41,216 nucleotides of DNA from Paraspadella gotoi (taxonomy: Eukaryota > Animalia > Chaetognatha). The notes below the pieces were generated by a model, which was not told where the DNA came from, made no database searches, and saw only the letters and a program-made list of their open reading frames with translations. The stretch is taken from positions 1 through 41,216 of the forward strand of contig JBJCIZ010000026.1 of NCBI GenBank assembly GCA_051294375.1, written 5' to 3'. Below are positions 36,520 to 41,216 of the stretch, one piece after another (position 1 is the stretch's first letter; every line of letters begins with the position of its first letter). Position numbers and translations under genes: made by a program.

Positions 36520-37030
36520 TGGACTCATCAAGGACCAGGCCCCATATAGGTCCTAAAAAGCACTAGGCAAGTGCCAAGAGAACCACGCACAATCTCTTCA
36601 GGAGCAAAGTATCAGCCAAAGGTCCTTACAATAATGAGATCAAACTCTCACCCTTCAGATCTCCCCACCACCTTAACTTCCTATAAGATGGGTTCATAAC
36701 CATTCTACCTCTTCTTGACGTTGGTGGGTAAGTGTCACCATTGCGTAAGTCGGGATCAATAAATTGATATTGGAGTGCAAAACCTTGAAGCGGTTCTTTA
36801 CCCTCCTCATCCATAGCTCACCCAGCTCTAGCTGGGTGACATCTTCGTGGTTTACGAGATTCTACTACAATGACCTTAGGTCAATCATCGCACTATGATA
36901 GGCAACTCCCATTCTCATCAGCAAGACGCTGAGAGCAAAAAGTCAACATCACTTTCCAGTATCTAAGAGAGCATTGACCGTACTTTCCCTACTGTCGCAG
37001 CCGAACCAAATGCGACTATGGGTCTAAAAC
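36520..37030 (-). pseudogene. BEL aspartic protease region, frameshifted
   Basis: VNALLDTG(S) at ~36979-36956; downstream DLII-like and PSAFRTYMG(W)VL-like motifs. Confidence 0.8.
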
Positions 37031-37199
37031 CGTCGTCTTTTCCTTGGCTCTAATGCGAATGAAGAAGCAACCTTTATAGCCAGTTCTGGGATTGCTGGAG
37101 GTTGTTGCATACGAGTAGATGTTGAAGGTCCCCATTGAGATGTGGGGGTTGATGCGGATGCTGGTGTTTGATAGTTTGGTACCAGTTTGCTTAGGCCTT

Positions 37200-39540
37200 C
37201 ACTGTCGAGAAGTTGTGTGGTGCCTGTCCCTTACATGTGGCGCATGTTTGGGGATCCCTTACAATTGACAGGCAGAAGGGCCAGTTCCCAAAACATCTAA
37301 AGCAAAGACGAGACCGTCGACAGATGTTATTCCGCTTGAAAAGGCTTAGCACGCAAAAAGACCATGACACTTCTCATACCGCATGAGCACCGTGGTTGCA
37401 CACCCTGCATTTGAATGCAAGCTGTGCAGAAAGACTGGCTAGACTAGCAGACTGGGTTCCCGGAGCAGGGAAGATCCTCAGCCTCAACAGCATTGGCTCT
37501 GACCGGATTTACTCTTTTTTACCTCTTGGAAAGAGATTTAATCTTCCATGAATTGGAGTATCACCTTCTTGACCATATTCGTGAGAAAGTTGAAGGAAAA
37601 TTCATGGAAGGTCAGGTAAATCCCCTGCATTTCTTTTTTACGGTTAAAACTTTTTGTCAAGGCACTTTCAAAAAGGGAACAGCCGTCTCAGAATCTTATT
37701 GACAGAGGAGCTTAGTAGCCAATTCACTTCAAGCTTTTATTTCTGTGTTGGCAACTGTCACCACCAGACTGAGTGATAATAAAATTTTCTGACACCACTA
37801 TAATCGCCTTCCTTAAACCTTACCTTTTTCAGGAATTTGTCTGAGTTTCCCCTGCAGAATCAGGGGTGGCTCCCACCTTTTGGCGAGCTCCAAACTTCGC
37901 GTGATATAACGCGAACATCGGCATTCTGCTCATATTCAAATCTCTGAATCAAATCATAGGCCTCACCCTACCCACTCCAACAATTCCCTAAACTCTCACT
38001 GAGAGGTCAAGCAAGAACTCTCAACCTTTAGTCGCAAACTGGAGTAGAAATGGGCTCAGGTTCAAACCTATCACCTTAAATTTGCGTTTCGGACGAAGCG
38101 AAGCCACTCGAGTTCTGAAACAGCGCATAACCGATTCAAGTGTGCATCCTTTGTGGAGGTTGTGAGGCTCCAGTGCCTAATTGCTGTGATGCAAGTCGGA
38201 GACCATTGAAGCTGCAGAGGGCTGAGTGGCTGATTAGTCGCCCATAACGCACTTGTGGTAATGGTGATGGGTGGGCTCATAGAAGTTTGAGAATAAAAAT
38301 GGTGTTGTTGAAAATGGCTCGCTGTTGTAGCTGTTGTAGGAGAGTCAGTGTGAGGCTGATAAATAGGATAAAATTGGTAAAAGCAATATGGGCGGAAAAT
38401 AACGGCAGCGATGTGGCGGCTGAGTAAAGGTCAATGTCTGAAATGGGAACAGGATGGGAAGGCTGAGAACAAATGGGTGGAGTTATAATGGGCAGACTAG
38501 TAGTAGTACGAGGGATGGAATGAGAATTGAACTGAGCAGAGTCTGAAGCTGGAGGGCAGAGGAGGACCGCCCAGTAGACTGCCCGCCCACAGCCTTGAGA
38601 GATAGTGAAGGAAATTTGAAAAACGGATCCTGAGGGGCTGATCCCAGTAGCTGGCCTCAATGACAATATCTGAACGCGATCATATAGATGTGACATGGGC
38701 GTCCATCCATCTGAATCCCCTCCTCACTGGTTCGCACATTCTCCAGAGCACCTTCCAGATCAAGTTGGCGCATATTTGAGCCTCTTAAGGATTGCTCCCG
38801 AGCTCCCCTCCGTCCTCCAGTTGTTTCTTTCTCCTCTCCTCCTTCTGCTTCTTCCTCCAACTCATGATGCTTCCTACTTTGTTTGTTCCTGAAGGAACTG
38901 AAGCTTTATTCGCTGCTTTTTAAACCTCAATAGCACCTTGCGTCGCTGCACGCTGATCGCGCTTAGAAGAAAGTATTCTTCCAGTTAGATTCTGCTTTTT
39001 GAGGAATGACGAGAGATGCTTACCAGAGATACATACGACGCTCATCCTCTTGTGTAGAGGTCCTTCCTAGACGAAGCGGAGGAGGTGGGCGGAAGGGAAA
39101 TGACCTGTCACTGAAGCAGGAGGCAAGGTTGTTGATGCTATAGTTACTCACAAGCCAAATCAGCCAGAAAGAGTAGCAGCTGTTGATTACAGATTTAGAT
39201 TGGGTGACAGAACGGAGGATTTCCCAATGGCATCAAGACTGTCTTTGTATTGTTCACGAGCTAGAGCATAACCTACTTAGGCTTTAAACCTTGATTCTTA
39301 ATCTCCATGGTACGAGTCTTTCCACCATCTTGGCGGGAATGTTTCAATGGCATCTACTTTGTCACAAAATCTTAAAGAAGCCTCCTTGGCACTCTGAAGT
39401 GACCCCCATTAAGCGCTCAACTCTAGGCCGAGGTCCTTGCAGCTTGCAATGGCATGATGAACAACTAATGATGCCTGTTCAGCTTCTCCTTTTCAATCCT
39501 CAAGAACGCTTCCAGTGACTTAGGCCATAGCCATGGCAGA
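37200..39540 (-). pseudogene. BEL Gag with triple Cys/His zinc knuckles, frameshifted (5' limit approximate)
   Basis: 37420-37205 reads CRVCNHGAH..KC / LCFRC.G.G....C / CATCKG.HHT across frameshifts. Confidence 0.8.
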
Positions 39541-39803
39541 AAAATCAATGGAATCCTTATAAACAAAATGAGCAATAGACAAAAGCCTTGAGGCTTTTGG
39601 TCCTGTCAAACAGGGAAAAGCCAAACCTTCATACTTTGCAACCCCCTAGGTTTAAGAACAATTAAAGCAACAACACAGTAAGCCTTAAGCTCTAAAATCA
39701 TAAAAACCGAAGCTTGGTAATAACCAAGTAAACTTAAAATGGGGCACAAGAAAAATTGAAGCCACATTACCTGGCACTCAGAAATCTGAAGTTTTTTTAA
39801 ACT

Positions 39804-40702
39804 TGAAGCGCTTTCTTAACGCTGCGAACCTAGATAATCCGGATTTATCGCAAATAAAAACAAATCTAACGTTTCATCTCTATTCTATCTAGAGTGCCCT
39901 AATTGTGCCCTAATTAATTATTGAATTCAAATCCGTGTTCAACTACTCTCAAACAAGTATCTTTGGAAAACCAAACAGTTCTAACAATGTAAAACACCTT
40001 AACTATAACCTTGTATTTCTTAGAACCATATTAATAAAGCAGAAACAGTAAACCACATTTGAGATTAATACAATTTTCCAATCTCAGGTACCAAATAGTT
40101 CATGGTAAGTAGACAAATAACAGAAGGAGGGTGGGTGTTCAAGGAAGAGGCAAGTGTGGGGAGTTAAAACTACAAAAAAATAGACAATGCTAAAATTAGG
40201 TATTAAATAAACTTTAAACCTTAAACTTATAAGTGTAAAGTCCAGACGAATATCTACAATCAGATGCTCTTTTTTAATATAGGAGATTATCGACGTTGTC
40301 TCTTTCCTCTCTTTTGCGGTCATTCCAGATTTCTGCATCTGCAAACGGGACTTCTCTAAAAATAATAAACATATATAACCTCCAAGTACAATTCAATTAT
40401 AAATCCAATGCCAAACTAACCTTCAATTTTGCGGTTCCAGAATAGAGAATTAAAACATTGGCAGCTTATAGCACAAAACATTATTTAAAGTATTTCCTTT
40501 TCATTTTTACACACGTGTTTGAATTGAGAGTTAAAAAGACTTGTGAAAGATAAAACTGAAACACGCTCGTTCGTTAACTCTCGCAACAGGTGATCGCAGA
40601 GGGAAGAGTAAATTTCAGATATTCAACGGAAACAAATGATTCTATCGATCTAAACGAAACTAAATAATTATACGCGAATAAAAGGCATACGCTATCTCAC
40701 CA
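39804..40702 (-). repeat. 5' LTR of BEL element (has ~130 bp absent from the 3' LTR)
   Basis: Colinear with 32948-33701 except 40235-40366. Confidence 0.93.
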
Positions 40703-40850
40703 GGAAGTGAGGGAAAGAGAAAACATGAAAGTGAGTGACAGAGAGAGAGAGAGATAGAGAGACGCGTCCAACGCACGTGGGCGGACGGCAAACCGTCGCT
40801 AAAGTCACGAACATGAATTTTAAAAATTCGCGTGGGATTGAAAACGGAAG

Positions 40851-41216
40851 TGGCGTCGTCGTTGTTGTTGTTGTCGTCGTCGTCATCGTAGTCGTCGCCG
40901 TTTGTAGCAAGAAGGAGATTAAAGAATAATTCGATTTGAAAGAGTGAGAGAGAGAGAGAGAGAGAAAGGAAGGATTTAAGGGGAGTAAAGACTCATTGTT
41001 AGCGCCACGCGGCGATAAATCAATAAATGTGCAGAGAGAGAAAGTAACTCAAGGTAAGGGAGGAAGAGAGAAAAGAAAGGAAAAAGGAAAGGAAGGAAAA
41101 AGAAAAGGAAGGAAATAAAAGGAAGGAGTGAGGGGAAGGAACTGAGAGACTCGATTTGTTGTTCTTTAATCCTTTTTTTCCCTACCTTCCTCTTTTCCTT
41201 CCTTCCTTCCTTCCTT
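40851..41216. repeat. Simple repeats (GTT/GTC, AG, GGAA/TTCC)
   Basis: Directly visible. Confidence 0.85.

Larger units (their letters stand above)
32948..40702 (-). mobile_element. BEL/Pao LTR retrotransposon, full span, internally deleted
   Basis: Two direct LTRs with TG..CA-type ends, PPT, domain order Gag-PR-(RT)-RNase H-IN with Pao-specific motifs. Probable 5-bp TSD GAGTG (32943-47; noisy GGAAGTG at 40703-09). Confidence 0.95.

Noticed and set aside
40235-40366. Intron explaining the LTR difference
   Set aside because: It starts with GT on the plus strand but has no AG acceptor, and the element is transcribed from the minus strand.

Overview
This is a repeat-dense, gene-poor stretch of an animal-like eukaryotic draft assembly, probably an invertebrate (inference from AT richness, little apparent CpG depletion and dense AG/AAAG/ATC microsatellites). 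It has six N gaps and long tracts that look like unpolished long-read sequence. I see no intact host protein-coding gene; nearly all listed ORFs are artefacts of simple repeats. The best-supported feature is a ~7.75 kb BEL/Pao LTR retrotransposon on the minus strand (32948-40702). It has two LTRs, a PPT and Gag, protease, RNase H and integrase motifs, but apparently lacks its RT core. Next is a nested stack at 22.2-23.2 kb: a Tc1/mariner-type MITE (28-bp TIRs, TA TSD, empty site visible at 20.46 kb) containing an LTR-like piece that ends in a 43-nt antisense copy of mature CCA-tailed tRNA-Leu. Also present are tRNA-Met- and tRNA-Arg-headed SINE-like elements sharing a body, a Penelope-like GIY-YIG remnant, TTAGGG-containing MITEs and a ~170-bp satellite with (AG)n spacers. 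Three local duplications are probably assembly or gap-filling artefacts. I found no convincing wholly new biological system. The most unusual items are the over-extended tRNA copy, the SINE with a 5' leader and swapped tRNA heads, and the RT-less BEL element.
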